Source: a virus
Taxonomy: Duplodnaviria > Caudoviricetes
Length of the DNA stretch: 55,307 nucleotides
IMG/VR virus record: IMGVR_UViG_3300012940_000030
Location: 1 to 55,307 of that record
Strand: one strand, 5' to 3'
Shown here: positions 18,637 through 28,063 of the stretch, piece after piece
Layout: every line of letters begins with the position of its first letter
Numbering within the stretch: the first letter of the stretch is position 1
The notes under the pieces: generated by a model
The model's input: the letters and a program-made list of their open reading frames with translations, nothing else
The model's database searches: none
What the model was told of the DNA's origin: nothing
Made by a program: the position numbers and the translations under genes

Positions 18637-19818
18637 TTAGGCCGAAGCCGCAACCACGCCGTCAGCAGCGGCAGCGGCGAACGTCGTGTGAACGCCAAAG
18701 TCCTTCAGGCCACCACCGCCAATCGGAGCCTTGGCGAGCTTGCCGATGCCATACGACATCTCGATGCCAACGCCCTTCTTGAAGCCGTAGTCGTCCTCCG
18801 AACGCTTGGTCGGCGCCGGGTTCTGAACCCAGGGCATGCCCAATGCGTTCTGCCCGAGCAGGAAGATCGGCGTCAGGTCGCAGGAGTCCGCACCCTTCTC
18901 TTCAAGGTCGCCACCAAGAATAGTGTCGATCTCGGGGATTTCGGTCACGATACAGCCATCGAGCACGATATCGCCGCTGCGGAAGATCGGGTTTTTCTTC
19001 CAATCCTCACGCTCACGAGCGCGGGCCTCGCGGTTGGCCTGCTTGACTTCATCGGAGCCCGAGAAGTCACGGAAGGCGCGCGAGCCACAGGCCACGAGGA
19101 ACCATTCGGCGTTCGGTTCCTCGACCATGTACGGCGTGATGGTCGGCTGCGAACCCGACGTGTTCTGAGCACGACGCTTCATGAGACGAAGCATGTCGGC
19201 GTCGAACGTCATCGATGCCGTCACCGCAGCCAGCGAGTTGGCGTGATTGCCCGACACATAGTTTGCTGGGCTATCGCCATACAGGATGCGATCAGCGTTG
19301 TTCGTGTGCCAGGTGTTCTTCTCACCGGCCGAAGCCGCTGAATAGAGAATACCATTCACGCGCTGACCGGCATCCGTGCCGTGACCAGCAGGAGCCGCCG
19401 CGGATGGAATGGCCAAGAGAGCCTTGACGATCTCGTCGCGCTGCGTGCGCTGACCCCACTGCGTCAGAGCCGGGCGGGCCTGAGCAAGCGGGTCAAACGA
19501 CGACTTCTGAATCTGGTTCTTCTTGAAGACAACCGCGTTGCGAATCCAGTCGGTCCACATGCGGAAGCCGTAGGAGTCCATCTCTTCCTCGGCATCAACA
19601 AGCGAGCCGGAACCCATACCGGCGCCACTCATCACATTGATGAGGGGGATGTTCACCTGATCGCCGCCATCCTTGTTCTCATAGAACAGACGGATGATGG
19701 CGCTTTCGCCCTTGCCCATGTAGGGCGAAAAGCGGTTCTTGCGCAGGTAGTCAAAGAGCACCTGCTTGCGGAACTTGATTTCCGCGTTATTGGCGTGAGT
19801 AACCGAAGGGCCAGCCAT
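18637..19818 (-). CDS. major capsid protein, N4-gp56/DUF4043 family
   Basis: NRFSPYMG....IIR, GDQVNIPL, RNAV, NPIF, DYGFKKGVGIE, DFGV; follows the scaffold gene. Confidence 0.9.
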   Translation of the reverse strand: MAGPSVTHANNAEIKFRKQVLFDYLRKNRFSPYMGKGESAIIRLFYENKDGGDQVNIPLINVMSGAGMGSGSLVDAEEEMDSYGFRMWTDWIRNAVVFKKNQIQKSSFDPLAQARPALTQWGQRTQRDEIVKALLAIPSAAAPAGHGTDAGQRVNGILYSAASAGEKNTWHTNNADRILYGDSPANYVSGNHANSLAAVTASMTFDADMLRLMKRRAQNTSGSQPTITPYMVEEPNAEWFLVACGSRAFRDFSGSDEVKQANREARAREREDWKKNPIFRSGDIVLDGCIVTEIPEIDTILGGDLEEKGADSCDLTPIFLLGQNALGMPWVQNPAPTKRSEDDYGFKKGVGIEMSYGIGKLAKAPIGGGGLKDFGVHTTFAAAAADGVVAASA

Positions 19819-19861
19819 GGCGCCTTACCTTTCTCTGGATATGGCCGGTCCCGCGCGGGGA

Positions 19862-20872
19862 TCAGCGGCCGAGAGCTGCGTTGAAAAGCTCGTCCTCGCT
19901 CATGTGCTGAATGCCGGTTCCATCGCTTGCGGCGGCGGCGCCGGGCATCGTACGCAGTGAGGGAGGGAGCTGGGTTTTCAGGTTTGGACGGGCTGCTGGA
20001 GCGCCGGGCTGTGCCGCGGGCTGGCCAGTGGCTTGAGCCTTCGCGCGCTCAAGTGCCTTCGCGAGAAATTCAGGATCGTTCAGCGCCTCGTCCAACTTCT
20101 TCTGGACGTAGGATGCTGGGTCGTTCCCAATCTCGTCCAGCGTCTTGCGCTCGCGATGCCACGCGACAATCGAACCACCTGGATCGGCGGAGTTGAACAC
20201 GCGCGTAGCTGTCGCCCTGTCTCCGCCCTCAACGGCTTTGACGAAGGCTTCATAGGCTGGCGGGAAATCTTCCTTGTAAACGATGGCAGAGATGGCGAGG
20301 TTGTTTTCCAACCGTATCTTGCGCAACTCACCCTGGAAGCTATCGCGCTCACGGGCCAAACGTTCCTCCACAGAGCCAACAAAGCCCTCTGGATTCTCGA
20401 ACAGGTTGACGGGTTCTTGCTTGGGCTTTGTCAGCTCATCGAGACGGCGCTTAAGCTCAGCGCTTTCACGCTGTGCCTGCTCCCACTTCGCGGCGTGTGC
20501 TTTGGCCTCAGCCTCGGCACGTTCCGCACGCTCTGCGGCAGCTTTCTTCGCCTCACTGATCTCACGAGCACGCCACGACGGAATCCAGCCGTCCCTATCT
20601 TCTTTCGGGTCGGCCTTTGCTGGCTCTGCCGGTGCTGCGACCGCAGGGGCCTCCTGCTGTTGCGGCTCGGCTTCTGCCTTCGGTTCCTGTGGCGTCTCTG
20701 ACGGCTCGTCCTGTGACTTCGCGGCAAACCTGCCGTGTTCATCACGGGGCGGGCTGCCATCGCCCGACGCATCACTTACCGATGTTTCCTTGACTGGCGT
20801 CGGTTCCGCGCTAAATGCGGCATCGAAGATGTCAGATTCGGAAACAGACTCGTCCTGTTCGGTTCCGGCCAT
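19862..20872 (-). CDS. capsid scaffolding protein
   Basis: Acidic N-terminus with PRDEHGRFA, coiled coil, LPPSL near the C-terminus; directly before the capsid gene. Confidence 0.85.
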   Translation of the reverse strand: MAGTEQDESVSESDIFDAAFSAEPTPVKETSVSDASGDGSPPRDEHGRFAAKSQDEPSETPQEPKAEAEPQQQEAPAVAAPAEPAKADPKEDRDGWIPSWRAREISEAKKAAAERAERAEAEAKAHAAKWEQAQRESAELKRRLDELTKPKQEPVNLFENPEGFVGSVEERLARERDSFQGELRKIRLENNLAISAIVYKEDFPPAYEAFVKAVEGGDRATATRVFNSADPGGSIVAWHRERKTLDEIGNDPASYVQKKLDEALNDPEFLAKALERAKAQATGQPAAQPGAPAARPNLKTQLPPSLRTMPGAAAASDGTGIQHMSEDELFNAALGR

Positions 20873-20889
20873 AGCCTTACCCGTCCTTT

Positions 20890-21056
20890 CGCTATATCGC
20901 TGCGTTGCGGAAATTCGCCCTGTATCGCCGGGCGCTGGCGGTTCAGTTGCCCTTGTCGCCGGGCCAGCGCAGTGAGTTGCATCGCTATCGCGCGGTGCCA
21001 GCGGATGACCGGGCTAAGGCGCCGGTAGACCTTGCGTGATGTCGCTCACGCGGGCG
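20890..21056 (-). promoter_or_regulatory. tandem array of five CGC-NN-[stem]-GCGAYA-[stem] hairpins in the scaffold gene leader
   Basis: Five hairpins with different stems and the same loop motif (see findings). Confidence 0.75.
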
Positions 21057-21097
21057 AAATCGTTATTGGCAGAGAATCTGCCATTTAGACCCACTCG

Positions 21098-21490
21098 TTA
21101 GCCTTTGACCCATCCATAGTCATCCGGCCCCAGCCTGGACGCGCCGGGCTTAACCGGGACTTCGGGGCACTCCGGGGCCGGGCCAACGTAGCGCGGCGTA
21201 TGCCTAATGCGGCCTCTCTGGTGCGCGTAGGGAGCAAACGTACCGGAGGGGAACGGTTCCGACACACCCCTTTCGCTGACATCTGGCAGAGCGAACAATT
21301 CCTCCGGCGTCTCGTTCACCGCCTCGCGCAGCCCCTCAGAGAAATACAGCCACGTGCACTCCAAGGTGCGCTCCGGGCGGCCATCGATCTTCTCATGCAG
21401 CGTGCCCCGCACAATCAGCGGGCAGGCATCAAGGTCAACGTAAAGAGGCTGGTGGCTCTGGACCTGCGTGGCTTTAACCCGGCGCATCAA
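21098..21490 (-). CDS. hypothetical protein
   Basis: 130 aa, overlaps the stop of the previous gene. Confidence 0.55.
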   Translation of the reverse strand: MMRRVKATQVQSHQPLYVDLDACPLIVRGTLHEKIDGRPERTLECTWLYFSEGLREAVNETPEELFALPDVSERGVSEPFPSGTFAPYAHQRGRIRHTPRYVGPAPECPEVPVKPGASRLGPDDYGWVKG

Positions 21491-22020
21491 GCCTGCTCCT
21501 GGGCCTTGCGGACAATCACACGAAGCGCCTCGCGCTCCGCAACCGTTTCAGCATCGATCTCGCCTGACTTGGACAGAAGTTCCTCGACAGCCTTGATCAC
21601 CTTGAAGTCCGATGCCGCGAGCTGCTTCAGCGCGTCATTCATCGGCTTAGCGGCGTCAACGAGCTTTTTCTGTGCGGCCACCTGTGCCTTGAACTCGGCT
21701 AGACGCGCGGCTTCCTCTGCCGCCACTCGTGTTGCTTCGGCATCGGCATGAGCCTTAATCGCCGCCTGCTGTTCGTCGTCGATTGCAGCGGCCGTAACCC
21801 ACAGCCCAACATAGGGCGCGATGCGCTCGAACTCCTTGAAGGCGCGGCCCTCGCCATGCTGGTTCTCGACGAACCCAGGCCAGTCCTTGACCGCAGGATT
21901 CCATCGCATCACTCGCACGTCGCTCGGGGCCGCCGTCATCGCGACAAGCTTGCGCCCGTCGATGCTCACGGACTTGTCATCCGCGGTTACGACGATCAGG
22001 CTCTTGGTGTAGTCGGTCAT
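21487..22020 (-). CDS. hypothetical protein (tail-fibre-assembly-like C-terminus)
   Basis: AGGGA RBS; LAASDFKVIKA.E...REALR pattern. Confidence 0.7.
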   Translation of the reverse strand: MTDYTKSLIVVTADDKSVSIDGRKLVAMTAAPSDVRVMRWNPAVKDWPGFVENQHGEGRAFKEFERIAPYVGLWVTAAAIDDEQQAAIKAHADAEATRVAAEEAARLAEFKAQVAAQKKLVDAAKPMNDALKQLAASDFKVIKAVEELLSKSGEIDAETVAEREALRVIVRKAQEQA

Positions 22021-22035
22021 TGGTCGTCCCTATTC

Positions 22036-23961
22036 TCAGAACGGGAGTGATTGCTGGAGCGGATGCGGGTTCAGCATCGCTGGAGACATCTGCGGCATCG
22101 GCTCGGACGGGAACCCAGGCTGCGGGTTGATGTTGGGCCGCTCGAATGCTGCTCCCAAGCCAGGCATGGCCATAGGCGACCGGCTCAGCTTCTCAACCGC
22201 AGTGGCCGTAGACCCAAACGTATCGGCCCGCGTCTTGCCGGTCTCTGCCTTGATCTTACCCGTCTCAGCCTTTGTCTTCTCTGTCTTTGCAGCCTCCTGC
22301 TCAAGCGCGATGCGCTCGGCCTGCTGCTTCATCGGATTCGGCTGCTGTGCCTGCTGCATCCGCTCACGGAGCTTCTTCTTGATGTCCGAGCGGATCGGCA
22401 GAAGGTCGACAAGAATGTCGGGCGGGATCGGCATGCCAGCTGCAAGGGCAGACTGAAGCGTCTCAAGCGCCTCCGCCATCGTGGTCACAACGTCGCCGGA
22501 CTCATCCAACTGGATGTCCACATCCAGCGAGCCCACGGCATTGACAAGAGCGGGGCGCCCGTACTCATCGACCTGCAAGCCGTTCAACTGAATGAACTGC
22601 ATCAGGCCCTCAGAATCGGTAACGCGAATCCAGCGCTCAGACTGCCAGTGGCGCTGTATGGCATTCCACATCTTGCGATAGACACGAAACTTCCATGAGC
22701 GGAATGCAATGATAAACGGGCCTAGCTCTGCCAAGCCCGCCTGTTGAAGCAACGCAATGGCTTTGCCGGAACTTCCGCTGCTAGCCTGTCCCAACTGAGC
22801 GGCGTTGGGTCCGAACCGGTCTAGGTCTTGCTTGGCTTCCTGGAGCAACAAGAGCTGGCCCTGGAAGTCCTGCGTTGTGTTGTCGGCCCAGATGTCCTGC
22901 CCAACCGTTACATTTGGTTCGACCTCAACCCAGCCGTCAGCACGTGCCCATTCCCTACGAGCGCGCTCAACGTCCTTGACGGCGCCCTTCCTGGAAATGA
23001 TGCGCCGTGAGTTGGAGATGTGCAGCAACCGGCTTGTGCGCTGGTTTACCTCATCTTGCGGCGTCTTCAGATTACGGAGGAACCCGTAGCGGTCGCCCTC
23101 GTGATCGACGAATGCCGAGTACATCTCGAACTTGTGCTGAGACTTATTGCGCTCATCCACCCACGGGCTGACCCCTTCGGCTAGAACAACGTTGCCGATA
23201 TGGAAGCACCATAACCACTTGTCTCCCACGCGATACCAGTGGTCCACCGCGCGAACCGTGCTGCGCATGGAGTTGGTCCAGACGACATCGCGATCACTGT
23301 CAATCGTGAAGTCAGAGCCAGACGACATAACGCCGTCTATATCCGCGGACTTGTCGGGAAACATCGCCTTCAGGACATCAACATCAACCCACTTCGACGT
23401 GCCCATATAGAGCGCGTCAGAGAAATCATCTTCGTAGGAACGTGGGTCGTAAAAGAACGTATCGGGCTGGACGAATCCGATGCCAACTTCTGGGTCGCCT
23501 TCGTCACCATCGATAAGGTCGAATTCGACTCCGCCGATGCCATCAATGGCGCCCGACCGACCGCACCGCGGCATGATCGAATCCCAATGCTGGGAAGACA
23601 TCGCGTACCGAAGAGTTTCGGTCGCAACGTCGGCACCATCAGAGTGCTTCGGGGTGTTCGGGAATGCCTTCGGGTCTTGCTTCAGTCGCTCAAGCAGACC
23701 AATGATTGCATTGACCTTGCGCGCGTACTCGTTCTTTGTCGTAACGGGCTGACCGCGGGCTTTGATGGCATCCATCTGCTCCTTGGTCCACTGCACCGCG
23801 TTGTAGTAGCGGCGCGATTCCTTCTGTTCTTCGACCTCGTTTGCCTTTTGGAAAACGTAATCGTTGAACTGCGAGCGCAGGCGGCCCAGGCTGAGGTAGT
23901 TGACCTCGGCGGGCTCCGCTTCCGGCGCTTTTGCTGTGTTCATCTCTGCTTCGTAGAGCAT
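22036..23961 (-). CDS. portal protein, P22-like
   Basis: YYNAVQWT...RGQP..T.N, FFYDPRS...DFSDA.Y, QDEVNQR, SGKAI motifs. Confidence 0.92.
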   Translation of the reverse strand: MLYEAEMNTAKAPEAEPAEVNYLSLGRLRSQFNDYVFQKANEVEEQKESRRYYNAVQWTKEQMDAIKARGQPVTTKNEYARKVNAIIGLLERLKQDPKAFPNTPKHSDGADVATETLRYAMSSQHWDSIMPRCGRSGAIDGIGGVEFDLIDGDEGDPEVGIGFVQPDTFFYDPRSYEDDFSDALYMGTSKWVDVDVLKAMFPDKSADIDGVMSSGSDFTIDSDRDVVWTNSMRSTVRAVDHWYRVGDKWLWCFHIGNVVLAEGVSPWVDERNKSQHKFEMYSAFVDHEGDRYGFLRNLKTPQDEVNQRTSRLLHISNSRRIISRKGAVKDVERARREWARADGWVEVEPNVTVGQDIWADNTTQDFQGQLLLLQEAKQDLDRFGPNAAQLGQASSGSSGKAIALLQQAGLAELGPFIIAFRSWKFRVYRKMWNAIQRHWQSERWIRVTDSEGLMQFIQLNGLQVDEYGRPALVNAVGSLDVDIQLDESGDVVTTMAEALETLQSALAAGMPIPPDILVDLLPIRSDIKKKLRERMQQAQQPNPMKQQAERIALEQEAAKTEKTKAETGKIKAETGKTRADTFGSTATAVEKLSRSPMAMPGLGAAFERPNINPQPGFPSEPMPQMSPAMLNPHPLQQSLPF

Positions 23962-25382
23962 CAGATTGAGAGTATCCCGTTGCCGCCGCTATTGCGGGAG
24001 GACGTGTAGTCAGAGCGCTTTTTCTTGATGTCTGCTGGAGATGGGGCCTGCCAATGCACCACCTGGGGGAATAGCTCGGTGAAGGCCCAAACCAGCGCAT
24101 CAACGTCGTCCGCCGTCGTGTCGCCTTCGATCCCGAGCGGCGTAAACAGCACCATGTGGTCTTCAAGCTCTGGGAATGATCCGACATGACTCACGCGGCC
24201 TTGCTCGTACAGCGCGGCGATTGGCTCTGCTCTCGTGACCTTGCCTCGGCTAGCGCGTACAGCCTTGTACGGAGCAATGTCCCGAACAGTTCTGATGGTC
24301 GCCTCGACCATCTCGCCGCCCTGGTTTATCTCGCCTACGATCAAATCGGCCTTGTGCAGGTCAAACGCTGCCACCGCGCGCCGCGCCCATCCGTTCGGAC
24401 CCAGTGCGCAAGAGGCGTCTTCAAACACATATCCGCGGCCATCAACACCGACACCCGCGACAACGATACCTGTCTTTGCGCCCCGGTCCTGCTCGCCGCC
24501 ACCGCCTGACATCGCTGCCGGGTCAACCGCGACCACGACGCGCTGCATGTCCGGTACTTCCCCTGGCCTTCTGCGGTGCGCCTCGATGTTCTCACGTGAC
24601 CAGAGCGCGCCGGGCGCATCATCAAGGATTTCGGCCGATAGCTCCTGCCTGCCAAGCCGCGTCCCCTCATAACGCTCCTTGACCTGAGCCAAGAATTTCG
24701 GGGCCAAGTTCGCCGCGTTGTCGAAGGTTGAGCCCTTCGTGACGTGCGTTCCGGGTTGAGCGATAATCTCTTTCAGCAGCGGTATAGGACGCGGGGTCGT
24801 CGTGATCACAGTGCGCGGGTTCGTTCCCAGACGAAGCCCAAACTGCATATTATCCCACGTCTCTCTTGCGTACCGCCACTTGGCCAGCTCATCGCAAACG
24901 GCGGCCTCGTGTTGTGGGCCGCGTAACTGGTCGGGCTCTACTGCGTTGTAGAGCGTGGCGACCGCACCATTCGGCCATGTCAGGCGGCGCTTGGAGGGCT
25001 CGTAGTGCGGGCGAAAATCATTCGGATGAACAGACAGGATGCCCGACTCACCCTCTACAAGAACGTCTCGGGCATCAGCCGCCGTCTCGGCTATCACCGC
25101 AATGCGGCCAACCTCACCACGGGCTAGCGGAGTCTTGCCGCATGCGATCTTGCGCACCCACTCGGACGCTATCCTGGTTTTTCCGTAGCCACGGCCCGCA
25201 AGCACTAGCCACGTAGACCAATCACCGGGGGGCTCTAGCTGATCGGGGCGGCCCCAGAACTGCCAGTCAAAGGCCAGTTCTTCAGCCTGCCGCTCGCTCA
25301 GTTCTGAGAGTATTGCTGTTCGCTGCGCCTCTGGAAGCGAGGCCAGCAATGCGGCTTGAGATAAGCTCGCGGGCACTGACAT
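23961..25382 (-). CDS. terL: terminase large subunit
   Basis: AGRGYGKT Walker A, LRGPQ, CDE Walker B, TTTP, VAVDP, DDVDALVWA nuclease motif. Confidence 0.96.
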   Translation of the reverse strand: MSVPASLSQAALLASLPEAQRTAILSELSERQAEELAFDWQFWGRPDQLEPPGDWSTWLVLAGRGYGKTRIASEWVRKIACGKTPLARGEVGRIAVIAETAADARDVLVEGESGILSVHPNDFRPHYEPSKRRLTWPNGAVATLYNAVEPDQLRGPQHEAAVCDELAKWRYARETWDNMQFGLRLGTNPRTVITTTPRPIPLLKEIIAQPGTHVTKGSTFDNAANLAPKFLAQVKERYEGTRLGRQELSAEILDDAPGALWSRENIEAHRRRPGEVPDMQRVVVAVDPAAMSGGGGEQDRGAKTGIVVAGVGVDGRGYVFEDASCALGPNGWARRAVAAFDLHKADLIVGEINQGGEMVEATIRTVRDIAPYKAVRASRGKVTRAEPIAALYEQGRVSHVGSFPELEDHMVLFTPLGIEGDTTADDVDALVWAFTELFPQVVHWQAPSPADIKKKRSDYTSSRNSGGNGILSI

Positions 25383-25824
25383 CCTTCGTCTCGATTGGTC
25401 CGCCGTCTCGACCGCTCAGTTCTTGAGCGACAACATCGCGGTAATCTTCGCGGAAACGGTTCTTCATCTGGAAGATGTACGCGGTGGCGTTGAAGCCCTG
25501 CCGCATCATGTTGATCTGCCCGGCGCCTTCCCACCACGCTAAGGCAATGTCGTAGGCGTTTTTAAGGGCGACGGAAAATTCATCGTGTTGCTTGGACCAC
25601 TCGTTCAGCGTGTCCCTGTTTACGCCTAGGCAAGCCGCGATCTGCGCTCGGCTTTTACCGTCAGCGGCGAGGTCAAGCACAAGATCGCAGAACGATGGAT
25701 CATACTTGGACGGACGTCCCACCTTGCGGATGTCCAGGGCCGGTGGAAGCTCTGCAAACGGCTGCTTCGGTGCACTGGCCCGCTTCTTAGGCTTGCCGCC
25801 CTCGTCCTTTGGTTCGTCACTCAC
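25282..25824 (-). CDS. terS: terminase small subunit
   Basis: GRPSKY, HTH, WWE, IFQMKNRF, ELSGRDGGPI; upstream of terL. Confidence 0.88.
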   Translation of the reverse strand: MSDEPKDEGGKPKKRASAPKQPFAELPPALDIRKVGRPSKYDPSFCDLVLDLAADGKSRAQIAACLGVNRDTLNEWSKQHDEFSVALKNAYDIALAWWEGAGQINMMRQGFNATAYIFQMKNRFREDYRDVVAQELSGRDGGPIETKDVSARELISSRIAGLASRGAANSNTLRTERAAG

Positions 25825-25991
25825 GAGAGTACCTTGTTTTCTCCGCCGACAATCGTGGACAGCTCATACCGCCGTCCGTCCAGTCGCCAGCGCCAGTTGA
25901 TCAATTCATGCCCTTCGGCTCGGTGCTCGCGCTCTCTGCGCAATGCGTCCCGATAGTCTTCCGCCGTTGGGTAGTCGTCGCGTCTGCACAT
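25821..25991 (-). CDS. small hypothetical protein (56 aa)
   Basis: MCRRDDYPTAEDY...; GTGA overlap with terS. Confidence 0.45.
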   Translation of the reverse strand: MCRRDDYPTAEDYRDALRREREHRAEGHELINWRWRLDGRRYELSTIVGGENKVLS

Positions 25992-25996
25992 TGGGG

Positions 25997-26221
25997 TCAA
26001 TGCACCGTCATGTGGTCTCGATCCGAAACCGCCGCGTCGCTGATTTCATCCTCAACGAACGTGACCAGTGATCCGAATGGGTATTCCTCGTCTCCGTAGC
26101 TATCGACCTTGCCGACGAATATCCCGTCTGCGTTGTGGAATATGTTCCGTAGCCAGATGTCTTGGCCGTTGCGGGTGATCTTGATGTAGGTCATCGGCAC
26201 CCGATGGTGGTTTGCCATCAC
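25997..26221 (-). CDS. hypothetical protein
   Basis: 74 aa, first gene of the late operon. Confidence 0.55.
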   Translation of the reverse strand: MMANHHRVPMTYIKITRNGQDIWLRNIFHNADGIFVGKVDSYGDEEYPFGSLVTFVEDEISDAAVSDRDHMTVH

Positions 26222-26590
26222 TCGCCAACCAGTCGCCCGCTGTTTGCATTCAATGCGGTTTGATCGGGGCTGTTGAAGCGAGGGAGGCGAATTGGGTCAG
26301 ATCGAAGGCTCGGGAAGCTCCCTGCGAAAGTTGCTTTCCCGAGTCCTTCGCCACACGATCTGTGTCAAATTGACTCAGATACGAAAAATGCCCGTTATAA
26401 TGCTTTGGGCGCATTACGGGCGTCTGCCATCTCGGCTTTTTTTCGCGGGGCGCGGCAAAATCTGGACGCTAAACCCACCCAGAAACGCCCGTCTCTCCAC
26501 CGCTTTATTCTCGGCTATGTGCCTGAGAATGCGCGATATTCGCGCTAATTCACGACGCAGACAAATGAACGCTGGCGCCTGATTTGATCT

Positions 26591-26618
26591 ACAATAGTGA
26601 TTTGTTGCTGCTTGTCAA
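26591..26618 (-). promoter_or_regulatory. putative late-operon promoter
   Basis: Minus strand TTGACA-N16-TATTGT with CAAATCAC in the spacer. Confidence 0.5.
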
Positions 26619-26672
26619 TGACTTGTTTTGGCATGTTCGTTTTCTGGTTGATGCGATTTGTTTCGTTGTCTG

Positions 26673-26701
26673 TTGACAACCTCAAATCACTCCTCTATAT
26701 T
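26673..26701 (+). promoter_or_regulatory. sigma70-type promoter of the inserted cassette
   Basis: TTGACA-N17-TATATT. Confidence 0.8.
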
Positions 26702-26728
26702 CAGAACATCAAACAACGGAGAATGACG

Positions 26729-26953
26729 ATGCAGACCGAAGATTGGATGGCCGCAGCACAGAGTTACCTCGCCCGCGTTGGCGCCGCCGAATATGCCGCT
26801 TTCCGCGCATCTAAGGCCGGCAAGCGCAAGCGCGCCCGCTTTACCCCGAGCGCGTATCTTGTCGATATGTGCAAGGAACTCGGTCGCGGCAACGAGGAGG
26901 CATTTAAGGCTAACAAGATGATTGAAGGCTACGCTTCCGCCGCTGGCGTCTGA
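26729..26953 (+). CDS. small hypothetical protein
   Basis: GGAG RBS after the promoter; 74 aa. Confidence 0.75.
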   Translation: MQTEDWMAAAQSYLARVGAAEYAAFRASKAGKRKRARFTPSAYLVDMCKELGRGNEEAFKANKMIEGYASAAGV

Positions 26954-26970
26954 CGAGGAAAGGGCAGGAA

Positions 26971-27330
26971 ATGAGCGAAATTATCATTTTCTACGCTTGG
27001 ACCGGACGCAAAGGCGAAACGGTGTTTTATGGCATAGTTGAGGAGCCGAATGGAAAGCGCACTGCCAGCAACCGCTTCCGCCGGCCGGCATCGGCAATTA
27101 GCCACGCACGCACCATTGCTATGAACATCAATGGCGATAAATCGGGAGGGGTGTGTATGCCGGCGCCTGCCAAATCAAGGAGGTCTACCACCAGCATTGG
27201 TCGGCAGTTGCCGGCGCGAGAAATAAGTAGTCGGCCGGCGCGTTGTCGATGGACAACGCAGGCAAATCACCCTATATTCAAATCATCAGCAACGGCCAAT
27301 GCGGCCACCCGAAAGGAAGAGACGAAATGA
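26971..27330 (+). CDS. hypothetical protein
   Basis: AGGA RBS; the 3' part runs through the second promoter. Confidence 0.55.
   Translation: MSEIIIFYAWTGRKGETVFYGIVEEPNGKRTASNRFRRPASAISHARTIAMNINGDKSGGVCMPAPAKSRRSTTSIGRQLPAREISSRPARCRWTTQANHPIFKSSATANAATRKEETK
27250..27278 (+). promoter_or_regulatory. second copy of the cassette promoter
   Basis: TGGACA-N17-TATATT, similar over ~55 bp to 26664-26719. Confidence 0.65.
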
Positions 27331-27572
27331 CCGACCTTAGCCACCTGGAAGCTCTCGAAGCCCGCCTCCGCAATGAGAATGGTCGCCTCGCCGCAGCGCA
27401 GGCCGCGCGCCCCTCGCGCAAGTCGGCAAACGAGATTGCTTTCCGCCTGCGCGAAATCGCCGCCTGCGAGAAGGAAATTGAAGGCGAATACAAGTTTCTC
27501 GGCATCAAGCCGCTCACCCTCGATGAAATCCTGATGAGCGACGACGAACTTCTGGCAGAGCTGGAAATCTAA
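27327..27572 (+). CDS. small coiled-coil protein
   Basis: AAAGGA RBS; ends MSDDELLAELEI. Confidence 0.75.
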   Translation: MTDLSHLEALEARLRNENGRLAAAQAARPSRKSANEIAFRLREIAACEKEIEGEYKFLGIKPLTLDEILMSDDELLAELEI

Positions 27573-27575
27573 CCA

Positions 27576-27591
27576 GGGGGCTTCGGCCCCT
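27576..27591 (+). terminator. UUCG-capped stem-loop
   Basis: GGGGC-TTCG-GCCCC. Confidence 0.6.
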
Positions 27592-27636
27592 CCCCTCTCT
27601 CAACCGGGCATTGAGCCCACCTGAAAGGATGAAACG

Positions 27637-27882
27637 ATGCGCACGACGCCGATGGTGTGGAACCGGGGCACAGAATGCAGTGACGAACCATGCGCTTGCT
27701 GCGGGCGAAAGCTCAACCCGTCACGTATGTATGCCGTGCACGTGATCAACGGAGGCGCCGACGTACTTCATCCCGACGACGAGGCCCTTTACGTTCCAGA
27801 TGGCGGCGACATGGGCTGCCACATGCTCGGGCCTGAGTGCCGCAAGCGCTTCGGTGAGTTTGCCTTCAAGTGGGAGAGCTAG
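27637..27882 (+). CDS. small zinc-binding protein
   Basis: CACCGR...GPECRK. Confidence 0.75.
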   Translation: MRTTPMVWNRGTECSDEPCACCGRKLNPSRMYAVHVINGGADVLHPDDEALYVPDGGDMGCHMLGPECRKRFGEFAFKWES

Positions 27883-27883
27883 G

Positions 27884-28063
27884 ATGCGCGCTAGCTACAA
27901 GGCCGCCATCGAATGGATGGTCGAAAACGACGACACCGAGTGGATCGGATGCGACGACCCTCATTCTGTAACCGCCGCAATGGTTGCCGACCTGTTTGGG
28001 AAGGATGATGAGACGGTTCGGGCCGATCTGCGCAGGGCGCTAAAGAAAGCTGGTCGCTTATGA
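27884..28063 (+). CDS. small hypothetical protein
   Basis: GGAG RBS, 59 aa. Confidence 0.7.
   Translation: MRASYKAAIEWMVENDDTEWIGCDDPHSVTAAMVADLFGKDDETVRADLRRALKKAGRL

Noticed and set aside
20890-21056. CRISPR mini-array
   Set aside because: Units share loops, not full repeat sequences; there are no spacers of regular length and no cas genes
22051-24009. Long plus-strand ORFs antisense to the portal (and similar ones opposite capsid, scaffold and ejection genes)
   Set aside because: Shadow ORFs expected from high-GC codon bias; no RBS or motifs
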